DNA of 64,000 nt from IMG/VR virus record IMGVR_UViG_3300010882_000010; one strand, given 5' to 3'. A program made the translations under genes and the position numbers. Source of the DNA: a virus (lineage: Duplodnaviria > Heunggongvirae > Uroviricota > Caudoviricetes). How positions within the stretch are numbered: the stretch's first letter is position 1; every line of letters starts with the position of its first letter. The notes beneath the pieces were generated by a model. It was not told the origin of the DNA and did not search any database. It saw nothing but the letters and a program-made list of their open reading frames with translations. Positions 8,317-17,672 of this stretch are shown here, one piece after another.

Positions 8317-9400
8317 AAGAGGTATTACACCTGGCAAATGGCATGCTATTGCTTGTATTGGTGCTAATAGAGAATTGGGTAAAGATGGTAAATTAATTTG
8401 GAATTTTCCTGAAGATATGAAACAGTTTAAGAAATTAACCGAAGGAAATGTTGTAATTATGGGAAGAAAAACTTGGGATAGTTTACCGAAAAAATTTAGA
8501 CCATTACCTAATCGTAAGAATATCATATTAACACGAAATTTGGATATAGCAGACCAGGAGTCAATTAGTGCGGGTGCTTTTTTTACAACATGTCCCATAA
8601 TAGCAGAAGAACTTGCAGAGGCTCATGCTGAAAGAGAAAATTGTGAAATTTTTGTTATTGGTGGCGCAGAAATTTATCGAATGTTTTGGAATTATGTTGA
8701 TTTTTTACATCTAACTTTAGTAGAAGATGCACATGGTGGTGCAGATACTTTTTTTCCTGAGTATGAAAAACAATTTCAATTTGAGTGTTGTCATGGTAAT
8801 TTAAAAGTTGATGAGTTTAATGGTTTGCAAATTCCAGGTGGTTTGGGTTTTTCATTTCAAAGATTTCACAGAGTTTCTAAAGAAGAACAAATTTTGAATG
8901 AGACTCTTAGAGAATTAGAAAGTGGAGATGAAATTTATCCGGTTTACGTTCCTGTAATGGAAAAACTTTATGATTTTGAAACAATTAAAAAAGCCATAGA
9001 TGATGAAATAGTAGATCATGATACTGTAATTGATTTAATGATAGACAGAAATTTGGGTAAACTTAGAAATTGGATTAGAAGATATCTTAAATTTCAGATA
9101 AGAGAATATCCAAAACCAAATTATCCTAATGGTTGTGTTGGGATTAGAGACAGTCAAGATCCTATTGGAATAAGTGCGCCGGAATATTACAAACAATTAA
9201 TTCGTGATGGTAAGTTTAGACAAGCAGAGCAGATGAAAAAGTACTGTAAACCAGCACCAGGATATGAAATTTGGGGTACTAAAGGTTTTTCAAGACAAGG
9301 ATGTTGTGATGGGGTTAAAGTGGAAGAAAAGAGAATGAAACATGCTTTGGATTACAATTGGGAAGAAATTAGAAATTTAATTCATCCAAAATTAGATTAA
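8306..9400 (+). CDS. Dihydrofolate reductase (N-terminal ~180 aa) fused to a C-terminal domain of unknown function (~180 aa).
   Basis: N terminus AIACIGANRELGKDGKLIWNFPEDMKQFKKLTEGNVVIMGRKTWDSLP...LPNRKNIILTR...IGGAEIY matches the FolA/DHFR signature. At 364 aa it is about twice DHFR length. Confidence 0.8.
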   Translation: MKDKRGITPGKWHAIACIGANRELGKDGKLIWNFPEDMKQFKKLTEGNVVIMGRKTWDSLPKKFRPLPNRKNIILTRNLDIADQESISAGAFFTTCPIIAEELAEAHAERENCEIFVIGGAEIYRMFWNYVDFLHLTLVEDAHGGADTFFPEYEKQFQFECCHGNLKVDEFNGLQIPGGLGFSFQRFHRVSKEEQILNETLRELESGDEIYPVYVPVMEKLYDFETIKKAIDDEIVDHDTVIDLMIDRNLGKLRNWIRRYLKFQIREYPKPNYPNGCVGIRDSQDPIGISAPEYYKQLIRDGKFRQAEQMKKYCKPAPGYEIWGTKGFSRQGCCDGVKVEEKRMKHALDYNWEEIRNLIHPKLD

Positions 9401-9419
9401 AAAGTGAGTTACTAGCATA

Positions 9420-9496
9420 AATTGTTAGTAACTTTTTTGATTTAAAGAGTTTCGTATCAGTATTTTTAGTATTTTTACAGTATCAAAACAATCAAA
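9420..9496 (+). promoter_or_regulatory. Intergenic promoter element copy A: AATTGTTAGTAAC box, then a ~45 bp spacer, then a Bacteroidetes-type -7 element.
   Basis: aattgttagtaactttttt...cgtatcagtatttttagtatttttacag, ending 1 nt before the ATG at 9497. Copies A and E share an almost identical 60 bp. Confidence 0.55.
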
Positions 9497-10234
9497 ATGA
9501 AACTCATCGGATTTGCTAGCCAATATTACACGCTTTGGAACGTTGAAGAAGAAACGATTTATCAAGCAGATGCCTATGGAAAACAGTGGCCATCTAATCA
9601 TATTACGAAGTACTTCTACATCAAGAATGTGAGTATGGATATTGAGAAAGTAAAGAGTCTTTATCCTGACCTTGCAATTGACGAGTCTCTTAAAGGGCAA
9701 TATCGTGATTTTCAAGTTTCTAAGAGATTACCAGGATTACCAATTAATTTCTTTAATTTTGGAAAGTATTCAGGTCATTCTATTGAAGAAGTTGCTGAGT
9801 TGGATTTTCCTTACTTACTTTGGTGTCTTAATGACTATTGTGGAAGTGCTGATTTCAGGGAAAAAGTAAAAGAGTTACCAAAAATTGTTGAACACTTTGC
9901 TGAAATTAAAAGACGTCAAGAAATGGAAATTGCTGAAAGAATGTCTGAAATTAAGCCCCTAGAATCTGGTGTTTATCGTTTATTGGTTGAAAGTAATCCA
10001 AGAGAAAAGCAAGTTTGGGTTCAAATCTCAGAATTTCACAATGTAGTTTTACAGTTTGATGAAGTTGAAAATTTGAACTATAACGGTTTTTGGTATGAGG
10101 TTCCGGTTTTTAACAATAAAATCAAAAGAATTAAGAACAAAGAACTTGCCTACAATCTTGAAATTTTAAGTTCAGAAATCTTACCAGAAGGAATTTGCAA
10201 CCAAGTAGCAAGAGTAATTTCAATAGAAAAATAG
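9497..10234 (+). CDS. Hypothetical protein.
   Basis: 245-aa ORF immediately downstream of promoter element copy A. Confidence 0.6.
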   Translation: MKLIGFASQYYTLWNVEEETIYQADAYGKQWPSNHITKYFYIKNVSMDIEKVKSLYPDLAIDESLKGQYRDFQVSKRLPGLPINFFNFGKYSGHSIEEVAELDFPYLLWCLNDYCGSADFREKVKELPKIVEHFAEIKRRQEMEIAERMSEIKPLESGVYRLLVESNPREKQVWVQISEFHNVVLQFDEVENLNYNGFWYEVPVFNNKIKRIKNKELAYNLEILSSEILPEGICNQVARVISIEK

Positions 10235-10278
10235 TTGTACCTAACTAAAACTTTTTGTCTTTTTCGTGTTTAAAAAAC

Positions 10279-10803
10279 ATGAGAAAGATAATTTTAATTT
10301 TAGCACTTTTGGTTCCATTTTTGGTTTTTGGTGGATCATTCGTAGATTCAACATCAGTAAAGAAAACTAAGCATACAAAAGGAGATTTAGGAATTTCACT
10401 TAATGTTAGTGCTTTTTCCGCGGATTGGGGATTTAAACCTGATGCAACACGAGATATTAATGCTGGTATTGGTTTTAACTACGTTTTTGTAGATAATTTT
10501 TCTTTTAATGTTTCAATTAATGGAGGATATCAACATCAAGAATCTTCTGAAACATCGGGTGGAAATTTAGGATTTTCTGCCGGAGTTCGATATCATCCAA
10601 AACTTTTTCTTTTGGGTGTTACTTACAATGGAGGAACTAATGATTTTAAGACCTATTCTCAAAGTTTAAGATTTGATTTTGGGTACACTTTTTTCATTAC
10701 TAAGATGTTTTCAATAGAACCGAGTTTGTACTACAAGAAATCAATCGGGAATACGAGTATTAATAGAATTGGTGCAGCAGTTGGATTTGGAATTAATTTT
10801 TAA
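10279..10803 (+). CDS. Secreted small outer-membrane beta-barrel protein (Ail/Lom/OmpX-like).
   Basis: Signal peptide MRKIILILALLVPFLVFG, alternating amphipathic beta-strands, and a C-terminal ...GFGINF ending in Phe, the usual OMP barrel terminus. About 175 aa, which fits an 8-strand barrel. Confidence 0.55.
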   Translation: MRKIILILALLVPFLVFGGSFVDSTSVKKTKHTKGDLGISLNVSAFSADWGFKPDATRDINAGIGFNYVFVDNFSFNVSINGGYQHQESSETSGGNLGFSAGVRYHPKLFLLGVTYNGGTNDFKTYSQSLRFDFGYTFFITKMFSIEPSLYYKKSIGNTSINRIGAAVGFGINF

Positions 10804-11102
10804 AAAATAGTAGCACATGTGTTTAAAAAGAAAAGCGAAAGTAACTTTCACAATAGAAGAGGTTGAAATAATGACTCAACTTTTAATAGACAAGTACAAT
10901 GATCTTCAAGCCAATATTAACAGAAATGATAGTTACAAAGGTAATTACATGCACAAACAGGCAGAAGTAATGAAAATTATTAAGAAATTGTAATGGGTAA
11001 AGAAAGAGAAAAGTTAGTTTTACATGATACTTTTTGGATGCCATTAGCATGTGGTGCTATTTTTGGTTTGCTTTTAGTTTTAATGATAGTTTTGATGCAG
11101 TC

Positions 11103-11507
11103 ATGTTAAAAGTAGAAACTTACCTTGATAAAAGTTCAATTCACGGAATTGGATGTTTTGCAAATAGAGATATTAAGCAAGATGAAATAGTTTGGCTTTT
11201 TGATGTCAGGTTTGATATTAAAGCACCTAAGAGTGTAATTGATTATCAACAAGAGGGTGTACTTTATGATTTTTTAATGATGAATGGTTGGTGGGTAAAC
11301 GAAAGAGATGAAATTTTCTTGATTTGTTGTGCAGATAATGCAAGATTTATCAACCACTCAAAAAATCCTAATGTAACAGGCGATTACATGCTTATTGCAA
11401 CTAAAGATATTGAAGCAGGGGAGGAGATATTACAGAATTATGAAGAGATGGGTGTAATAATAGAGAAAAAGAAAGATGGAAGTTTAAAATTTAAATCAAG
11501 ATACTAA
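11103..11507 (+). CDS. SET-domain protein (putative lysine methyltransferase-like).
   Basis: GIGCFA near the N terminus, ARFINHSKNPNV (the SET NHSCxPN motif with Cys replaced by Lys), and a post-SET-like GEEILQNYEE. Confidence 0.55.
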   Translation: MLKVETYLDKSSIHGIGCFANRDIKQDEIVWLFDVRFDIKAPKSVIDYQQEGVLYDFLMMNGWWVNERDEIFLICCADNARFINHSKNPNVTGDYMLIATKDIEAGEEILQNYEEMGVIIEKKKDGSLKFKSRY

Positions 11508-12415
11508 TGAAAAGAAAATTGCAAAATTGGTGGTGGAAAATTAGAACCGGTAAAAAATGGTACCGATTTGAGAGAAAAGTACTCATAGTTTGGTATTGGA
11601 TTACTAGACCTTATTGGAGGTGGAAACATGATAATTTTGATGGTACTAAAATTGGACCGGCAGATGATATTTCTGTTACAATAAATGGTAAGCCATTAGA
11701 ATTTACAAAGTACACAATGAATCCAGAACAATGGCTTAAAAAATTAGATTACTATTTAAAGAGTATTGGCGGTGTAGAAAATGGATACTTTGGAGATTGG
11801 AGACCTAGAATTTACGGAAGTTGGATGTTTAGTTCAGCTCCGGGTTGGAACATGTTAGTTTACGAACTCACTAAAGAGATAGTAGAAATGGGTTGGAATC
11901 GTCAGATTTGTCAAGTTAAAGAAAAGTTCGGTGGCTTAAGATATTATCCAAATGCTTGTAGTAATGAAGTTTGGGAAAAAATTTACAAAGCAGAGCAAGA
12001 AAGTTACACTATTTGTCAACACTGTGGAAATTACAACGCTGTTGCTTGTACTTATGGAGGAAATCCTTACGGTTGGATTGTAACACTTTGTGAAGACTGT
12101 AGGAAGACTAAAGATGGTGAGAATTACAAACCAATTCAAAATGAAGAAGATGTTTGTGATAAGGATATTGACTGTAAAGATTGTGTAGAAAAGGAATGTT
12201 TTGAAAAAGAAAGTACTGGAAAACTACCATTTAAAAGTTTGACTGTTTATTATGATGAGGAAGGAGTTGTAGGAGTTGACGGTTGTAAAGAAAATGAAGT
12301 AGTAGAGTTTAAAGAAGAGAACATACCAGAATTTGAAAGAAATTGCGATTGTAGCTTACCAAGTTGTGATGGATGTGAAAATTTAGAATTTAATCCTAAT
12401 TTGAAAGTAAACTAA
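11507..12415 (+). CDS. Cys-rich hypothetical protein.
   Basis: 302-aa ORF containing CQHCGNY, CEDCRK and multiple CxxC/CDC clusters. Confidence 0.55.
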   Translation: MKRKLQNWWWKIRTGKKWYRFERKVLIVWYWITRPYWRWKHDNFDGTKIGPADDISVTINGKPLEFTKYTMNPEQWLKKLDYYLKSIGGVENGYFGDWRPRIYGSWMFSSAPGWNMLVYELTKEIVEMGWNRQICQVKEKFGGLRYYPNACSNEVWEKIYKAEQESYTICQHCGNYNAVACTYGGNPYGWIVTLCEDCRKTKDGENYKPIQNEEDVCDKDIDCKDCVEKECFEKESTGKLPFKSLTVYYDEEGVVGVDGCKENEVVEFKEENIPEFERNCDCSLPSCDGCENLEFNPNLKVN

Positions 12416-12416
12416 G

Positions 12417-12590
12417 ATGGAATCGGGAGAATTTTATGCTATCATAATCTTGCTTGTACTTTTGAGTTTGTATGCTCTAATGGCACATTTGAATTACGCA
12501 AAGCAAAAACCTAAATTAGAAGAAGTATGGGCAGGACCAGATGAAGATGAAGAAACTTTAATAGAAATGAAAGGAGATAATAATGAGTGA
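12417..12590 (+). CDS. Small membrane protein.
   Basis: 57-aa ORF with one hydrophobic helix (AIIILLVLLSLYALM). Below the ORF-track length cutoff. Confidence 0.3.
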   Translation: MESGEFYAIIILLVLLSLYALMAHLNYAKQKPKLEEVWAGPDEDEETLIEMKGDNNE

Positions 12591-12822
12591 TAAATTTTAC
12601 GAGCTTTACGAAATAACTCGAGATGATTGGAGTTGGTTTGTAGTTGACTATTTTGGAAAGGGTTCTATGGATAAATTAGATGAACTTGCAGAACAAAAAG
12701 ATCCGAGTCTCTATTCACATCTTAATGATGTTTGGTATCATTTACCAGATAATCAGTTTAATATCAGAGAAAATCCTTCAGGATGGAGTGAGTTTTTGAG
12801 ATTGTTAGAATTTGAAGATTAA
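12583..12822 (+). CDS. Hypothetical protein.
   Basis: 79-aa ORF. Confidence 0.45.
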   Translation: MSDKFYELYEITRDDWSWFVVDYFGKGSMDKLDELAEQKDPSLYSHLNDVWYHLPDNQFNIRENPSGWSEFLRLLEFED

Positions 12823-12835
12823 AAAGAACAAGCAT

Positions 12836-13045
12836 ATGAAAAGGAAATTATTATTGACAAGTGCATTAGATGACGATGATAAAATTTTAGTTAATCTTGA
12901 TTTTGTAGTTGCTATAGAATGGGATTCAGCAAATGAACAATCTACTGTTATTATGAATGGTCAAGATGATTATGAAGTAAAAGAATCAGCAGTAGAGATT
13001 GACAAAATGATTAACAAGTTGAATGATAGTTTAATTAAAAAGTAA
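12836..13045 (+). CDS. Hypothetical protein.
   Basis: ORF 12812..13045; the internal ATG at 12836 is the more likely start. Confidence 0.4.
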   Translation: MKRKLLLTSALDDDDKILVNLDFVVAIEWDSANEQSTVIMNGQDDYEVKESAVEIDKMINKLNDSLIKK

Positions 13046-13051
13046 AGAGTT

Positions 13052-13474
13052 ATGGCAGAAATTAAAAATTACAAAAAGTTTGGTGATTTGCAAACAGGTA
13101 AGACCTACGTTTTACAATGTGATCAGCATGCAAGTTTGCATGAAATTCAAGTTTTAGAAAAAAGAAAAAATTCTCTTTGTGTTGTTTGGAATCCAAAAAC
13201 GGGTAATGCAACTTGTTGGGAAAAAGCTGATAAGGAAATTTGGGCTATTTTTGATGAGTGGGATACTTTTGTGCTTAGAACACAACCAATTGCAGTTCCA
13301 ATACCATCAAGATGTCCATATACTGGAGATTTAATACCATATCCATATTGGAATGGTGATCATTTTCCTCCTGGTTGGGAACACTGGTACACAACTTGCA
13401 GTTCTCAAACAGTACTACGAGGAGATACAGGAACCGTTTGTCAAGATGAAAATGGTAAATTAATTAAGTCCTAG
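13052..13474 (+). CDS. Hypothetical protein.
   Basis: 140-aa ORF. Confidence 0.55.
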   Translation: MAEIKNYKKFGDLQTGKTYVLQCDQHASLHEIQVLEKRKNSLCVVWNPKTGNATCWEKADKEIWAIFDEWDTFVLRTQPIAVPIPSRCPYTGDLIPYPYWNGDHFPPGWEHWYTTCSSQTVLRGDTGTVCQDENGKLIKS

Positions 13475-13524
13475 CAATAGGGCTTTTTTTCTATTAGATA
13501 GTTAGAAATCTCTTAAAAGAATCT

Positions 13525-13541
13525 GGAATAAATAGTAAAAG
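13525..13541 (+). promoter_or_regulatory. Copy 2 of the GGAATAAATAGTAAAAG motif.
   Basis: Exact copy; the ATG at 13581 lies downstream. Confidence 0.5.
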
Positions 13542-13580
13542 CAAATTACCGATTAGGTAAGATTAAAAAATTGAGATAAA

Positions 13581-13832
13581 ATGAACAGTAGAATCCCAAC
13601 TTTTCAAGATTTCATTCTTGAAAGAGAATTTTCAGATGAAGAACGTCAAAAACTTGCAGATGAAGGAAAAGCAATGAAAGATGGTAGTTTTCCAATTGAA
13701 ACAGAACAAGATTTGAAAAATGCAATTAAAGCGCACGGAAGAGCAAGTGATCCAGAAGAAGCTAAGAAGTGGATAATCAAAAGAGCAAAAGAAATGGGAA
13801 AAGCCGATATTCTCCCGGAAGATTGGCAATAA
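13581..13832 (+). CDS. Hypothetical small protein.
   Basis: 83-aa ORF about 40 nt downstream of a GGAATAAATAGTAAAAG motif copy. Confidence 0.5.
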   Translation: MNSRIPTFQDFILEREFSDEERQKLADEGKAMKDGSFPIETEQDLKNAIKAHGRASDPEEAKKWIIKRAKEMGKADILPEDWQ

Positions 13833-13835
13833 AGA

Positions 13836-14018
13836 TTGATGTGGCCACGCAAGTTCGAAGCACCAAAAGACTGTATTCTTTGTGGTAAGCCACTTGAGAT
13901 GGATTTTGAGTTTGAAGATTGGGTTTGCGAAGATTGTCAGTTAAAATTAAAATTTAAAGATCTTAAACCATATGAACAAAGTATTAACACCGAGCCAAAT
14001 GTTGGAAAAAACTCTTGA
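13836..14018 (+). CDS. Hypothetical zinc-ribbon protein.
   Basis: CILCG...CEDC motifs. Confidence 0.4.
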   Translation: MMWPRKFEAPKDCILCGKPLEMDFEFEDWVCEDCQLKLKFKDLKPYEQSINTEPNVGKNS

Positions 14019-14184
14019 TTACAGTTCACAAGCATACGAATTTAATCAGGAAGTTTTGAAATTGGGTACAAGAGATAATCTTTTTGATAAGTTCATGAAA
14101 AAGAACAAATTACCGGCGGATGATCTTTCAGATTTTATGCAGGCTGTAATTGATGATATTAAAAAGAGGTTTTATCTTTCATGA
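13972..14184 (+). CDS. Hypothetical protein.
   Basis: 70-aa ORF overlapping its neighbours. Confidence 0.4.
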   Translation: MNKVLTPSQMLEKTLDYSSQAYEFNQEVLKLGTRDNLFDKFMKKNKLPADDLSDFMQAVIDDIKKRFYLS

Positions 14185-15026
14185 AACAGTACATCCAAGA
14201 TTTTAACAATTTCTTAATAGAAGCAAAAGAACAGATAGATTTTGAAAAGTATGGTTATGATATTAGAAAATCTAGAGGTGGTATTTCTATTGATAAAAAA
14301 GTTTATGGTCATTGGACATTCATGTTACAGGTAAGTTCAAGGAAAGCAGCAGTAGAATGGATTAAAAAGGATATGGAAAAGAATGGAATAGTAATGGAGT
14401 CTTTTAGAATTGAATCGGGTTCTTCGGCAGATGTTTACATCGACAAAGGAGTTGTAGTAAAATTCACAAAAGATGAGTCAGAATTTCTTGCATGGTGTAA
14501 ACTTAGAGAAGCGGGTATTTTTCAAGTTTTAAAGAAATTTCCAGGAACTCCAAGAATTTACGAGTTGTTTTTAGATGAAACAAGAGATAAGAAGTTTATC
14601 ATTATAATGGAAGAAATTAATGAAATTCCAGATGATAAAGCAACTAAAATTGAAAAGTTCTTAATGAACAAATGGAGAACTACTTATCTTGAAAAAGTTT
14701 TATCATTTAAAGATGAGTTAACTAGGTTTAAAACTCTGGAAGAAGGTCTTACATGGGGTTTGTTAGATTTTTGTGCGAATTGGAAACAGTATTGTCAAAG
14801 TATTGGAATTAACATGAAAGAAATGGAAATTCAGAATATTGGACTAAAAAATGGTGAGTATGGATTTTTTGACATGGGAGAATCTAAAGTTTCAACCACA
14901 CTTAATGCAATGAAAAGATATTACATTAATGAACAAAGTTACTTTAGTTCAAAATTTAGAAATTTTGAAGAGAACAAATTAACCGATAAAGAATATGCCC
15001 AAAATTTGATTAATTATTACACATGA
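14181..15026 (+). CDS. Putative capsid-packaged internal protein carrying the N-terminal capsid-targeting-like sequence.
   Basis: N terminus MKQYIQDFNNFLIEAK fits the shared consensus MK(Q/R)(Y/R)I..F(E/D)(E/D)F(L/V).E.K. Confidence 0.6.
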   Translation: MKQYIQDFNNFLIEAKEQIDFEKYGYDIRKSRGGISIDKKVYGHWTFMLQVSSRKAAVEWIKKDMEKNGIVMESFRIESGSSADVYIDKGVVVKFTKDESEFLAWCKLREAGIFQVLKKFPGTPRIYELFLDETRDKKFIIIMEEINEIPDDKATKIEKFLMNKWRTTYLEKVLSFKDELTRFKTLEEGLTWGLLDFCANWKQYCQSIGINMKEMEIQNIGLKNGEYGFFDMGESKVSTTLNAMKRYYINEQSYFSSKFRNFEENKLTDKEYAQNLINYYT

Positions 15027-16069
15027 AAAGAATACTAAAGATTGAAAAAGTAAAACAATGCAAATTTTGTAAAGAAGATTTTGTGCCCAAAAATCCAGCA
15101 CAGATTTATTGTTCAGATGAATGCAAAAAAGAATCAAAATTCAAAGTAAAAAATTGTGAATTTTGTAGAAAAGAGTTTAAAACTAAAAGAAAGACAACAA
15201 GATTTTGTTCGGCATATTGTCGTTCTATGGTAGTAAACACAACAGAAGAATATCGAGAAATTATGTCAAATAGTCTTAAAAGCAGTCAAAAAGTTAAAGA
15301 GGGTAGAGTTAGACAAGCTGAAACAATGAAAGAAGTTCATCGACGTCCTGGATATAAAGAAAATCAATCATTAAAAATTTCTAAAGCAAAAAATTGTCCG
15401 GAATCAAAAGAAAAAACTTCAAAAAGTTCAAAAGAAGTTTGGCAAAGAGACGATTTTAAAGAAAAAATGATAATAATACGAAATGAACAATGGACTCCCG
15501 AATTAAGAAAAGCGAGGGGGATTTTAACTAAAAATAGTTGGCAAAATTTAGATTATCTTGAAAAAATGGAAAAAAGAAACAAAGAAAATTTAGAAAGATT
15601 TAAAAATGATGAATGGAGAAATTATTTTTGTCAACAAGTTTCAAAAGCATGTAATACACAAGAGAAAAAAGATTTACAATCAATAATTGCTACAAGTTTA
15701 TGGCAAATTCCAGAATATGTTGAAAAAGTAATGAATTCAAGTAGTCAATTTAAAGATTTTGTGATGCCATCTGGTAAAATGGTAAAATTACAAGGATATG
15801 AGCCTAAAGTTTTAACTGAATTATTAAAAACTTATCCAGAAGAAGATATCTTAACACAAAATGAAATTATCAGATATTTAGGACCAATTCTTTACATTGG
15901 AATAGATGGTAAAGAACACTCATACAGACCAGATTTTTACATCAAATCAGAAAACAAAATTGTAGAAGTTAAAGGAAAAAGATGGTATATCATGCATGAA
16001 GAAACATGCAAATTAAAAGAAAAAGCTTGTCTAAAAATGGGATTAAATTACGAAATTATCATATTATGA
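15023..16069 (+). CDS. Homing endonuclease-like protein: N-terminal zinc ribbon, NUMOD3-like repeats, and a C-terminal PD-(D/E)xK nuclease domain.
   Basis: CKFCKEDF...CSDEC; several S.ETK..EVH-type NUMOD-like repeats; C-terminal PDFYI...IVEVK (PD...E-x-K). Paralogous to 18624..19376. Confidence 0.65.
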   Translation: MKRILKIEKVKQCKFCKEDFVPKNPAQIYCSDECKKESKFKVKNCEFCRKEFKTKRKTTRFCSAYCRSMVVNTTEEYREIMSNSLKSSQKVKEGRVRQAETMKEVHRRPGYKENQSLKISKAKNCPESKEKTSKSSKEVWQRDDFKEKMIIIRNEQWTPELRKARGILTKNSWQNLDYLEKMEKRNKENLERFKNDEWRNYFCQQVSKACNTQEKKDLQSIIATSLWQIPEYVEKVMNSSSQFKDFVMPSGKMVKLQGYEPKVLTELLKTYPEEDILTQNEIIRYLGPILYIGIDGKEHSYRPDFYIKSENKIVEVKGKRWYIMHEETCKLKEKACLKMGLNYEIIIL

Positions 16070-17244
16070 AACAATTTATTGCAAATTTTAACATGTTTTT
16101 AAATGAGAGAAAAGCACAAGAAATTCCTCATAAAAAAAATCAGTGGGTTGAAATTAATCCAGCTGATTATGAAGATTTAAAAGATGATTTTTTTGAATTA
16201 GTTAAAATTGCATATGAGTCGATAGGAGGTAATCTTCAAGTTAAAAAACCGGCCGATTTATTTGATCAAGGAATTTCAGTTTTTAAAGCTGTGGATGTAG
16301 ATGGTGATAAGGATTTTGATGTAATGAAAGGATACAAAGAAACTCCATATGGGAAAAAATCAATTTTAATGGGAAGAGATGAATCTAAAGAAGCAAAAAA
16401 AAGTTATCTCGATAAGATGGGTGAAGAACTTAACAAGAAAGGATACTATGTGGAAGTTTCTCACAAACTTGCTGAAATCTTGATGAACAAGTATCATGTT
16501 CATGTAGTTACTAATCCAAAAGCAATAGAGACTGTTTTAGGAAAGCATATTGAGTTTCATGGTGAACATCCTACTGATAAGAATGCAACAGGAAATGGTT
16601 GGTATACAAGGAAGATTGGAGATAATAATGCAGTTAAAATCTTAGTAGGTAGACCATTAGTAAAGGAAAGTGTGGTTGAAGGTCTTAAAGCAATGAGTTA
16701 TGAAGTACAACCAAAACTTTTGATTTTACATGGTTACGAATCGAGTCATAATCCACCAAGAGTAGAAATTCTTAGAGATTTGGGTTTTAAAGTTTTTGCA
16801 GAAAAAATTGATTATGATTCAAGAAGTAGTGCAATTTTTAACAAGTACTTGAACTTGATTAGAGAGGAAAAAATTGATCTTATTGTAGGGTCTTCAATGG
16901 GTGGATATTTAGGATTTTACCTTGCAAAAGCAACAGGAGTTCCAGCAATAGTTTTTAATCCCGCACTAATTGAAACATCCAGCGGAGCGCCGAAACCTAT
17001 TGTAAATGTGAATGGTAGTCAAAAGCCCAAAATTATTGTAGTTACAGGATTAGAAGATGATGTAGTAAATTCTGAAAATTTGATAGAATGGTTAAAAGAG
17101 AATACAGGAAGTAATGTAAAGATAGAAAAAGAGAGAATAGGACATAGAATACCAGACAAACTTTACATCGACTACATTTTAGGTGAAGGTTTGTTAGAAG
17201 AGTACAAAGGAAAAAAAGACAAAAAATTAACACACTATTGGTAA
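16066..17244 (+). CDS. Alpha/beta-hydrolase (esterase/lipase-like) with the N-terminal capsid-targeting-like sequence.
   Basis: N terminus MKQFIANFNMFLNERK. The nucleophile elbow GSSMGG (GxSxG) lies in IDLIVGSSMGGYLGFYLAKATG. The ATG overlaps the upstream TGA (ATGA). Confidence 0.65.
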   Translation: MKQFIANFNMFLNERKAQEIPHKKNQWVEINPADYEDLKDDFFELVKIAYESIGGNLQVKKPADLFDQGISVFKAVDVDGDKDFDVMKGYKETPYGKKSILMGRDESKEAKKSYLDKMGEELNKKGYYVEVSHKLAEILMNKYHVHVVTNPKAIETVLGKHIEFHGEHPTDKNATGNGWYTRKIGDNNAVKILVGRPLVKESVVEGLKAMSYEVQPKLLILHGYESSHNPPRVEILRDLGFKVFAEKIDYDSRSSAIFNKYLNLIREEKIDLIVGSSMGGYLGFYLAKATGVPAIVFNPALIETSSGAPKPIVNVNGSQKPKIIVVTGLEDDVVNSENLIEWLKENTGSNVKIEKERIGHRIPDKLYIDYILGEGLLEEYKGKKDKKLTHYW

Positions 17245-17658
17245 ATGGAAAAAAGAATTGGAAATTTTGAAGAGTTTCTTAATGAAATGAAGTATGCTGA
17301 TCAAGGAGAAATTAAAATGCAGACTTTGGTAAATAAAGATATCTCTTGGGATGGATATCTTAGTACTTTCTTTAGAGATGCAATTTTGAAGTATTTTTTG
17401 GGACTTGATCCGAGAAAAGAATGGTATTCAAGATTAGACAAGAAGTATGCTAATTTGGATGTTGAATGGACACAAGATAATAATGTAATTAAGACTTTGG
17501 ATAGAAGAACTACTTTAGATAGTGCTGCTAATAGAAGAGGCGGTTATGTTACAGTTTATCAAATGAGACCTAATTATGTTGGGATTTTAGTAGAAGATAA
17601 TGATAGTATGGGATATCAAATTCTTTACGGATTTGATACTAATGATGTACTAAAATAA
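17245..17658 (+). CDS. Putative packaged internal protein (CTS-like N terminus).
   Basis: N terminus MEKRIGNFEEFLNEMK. Confidence 0.55.
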   Translation: MEKRIGNFEEFLNEMKYADQGEIKMQTLVNKDISWDGYLSTFFRDAILKYFLGLDPRKEWYSRLDKKYANLDVEWTQDNNVIKTLDRRTTLDSAANRRGGYVTVYQMRPNYVGILVEDNDSMGYQILYGFDTNDVLK

Positions 17659-17672
17659 AAAGAAGACAAGAT

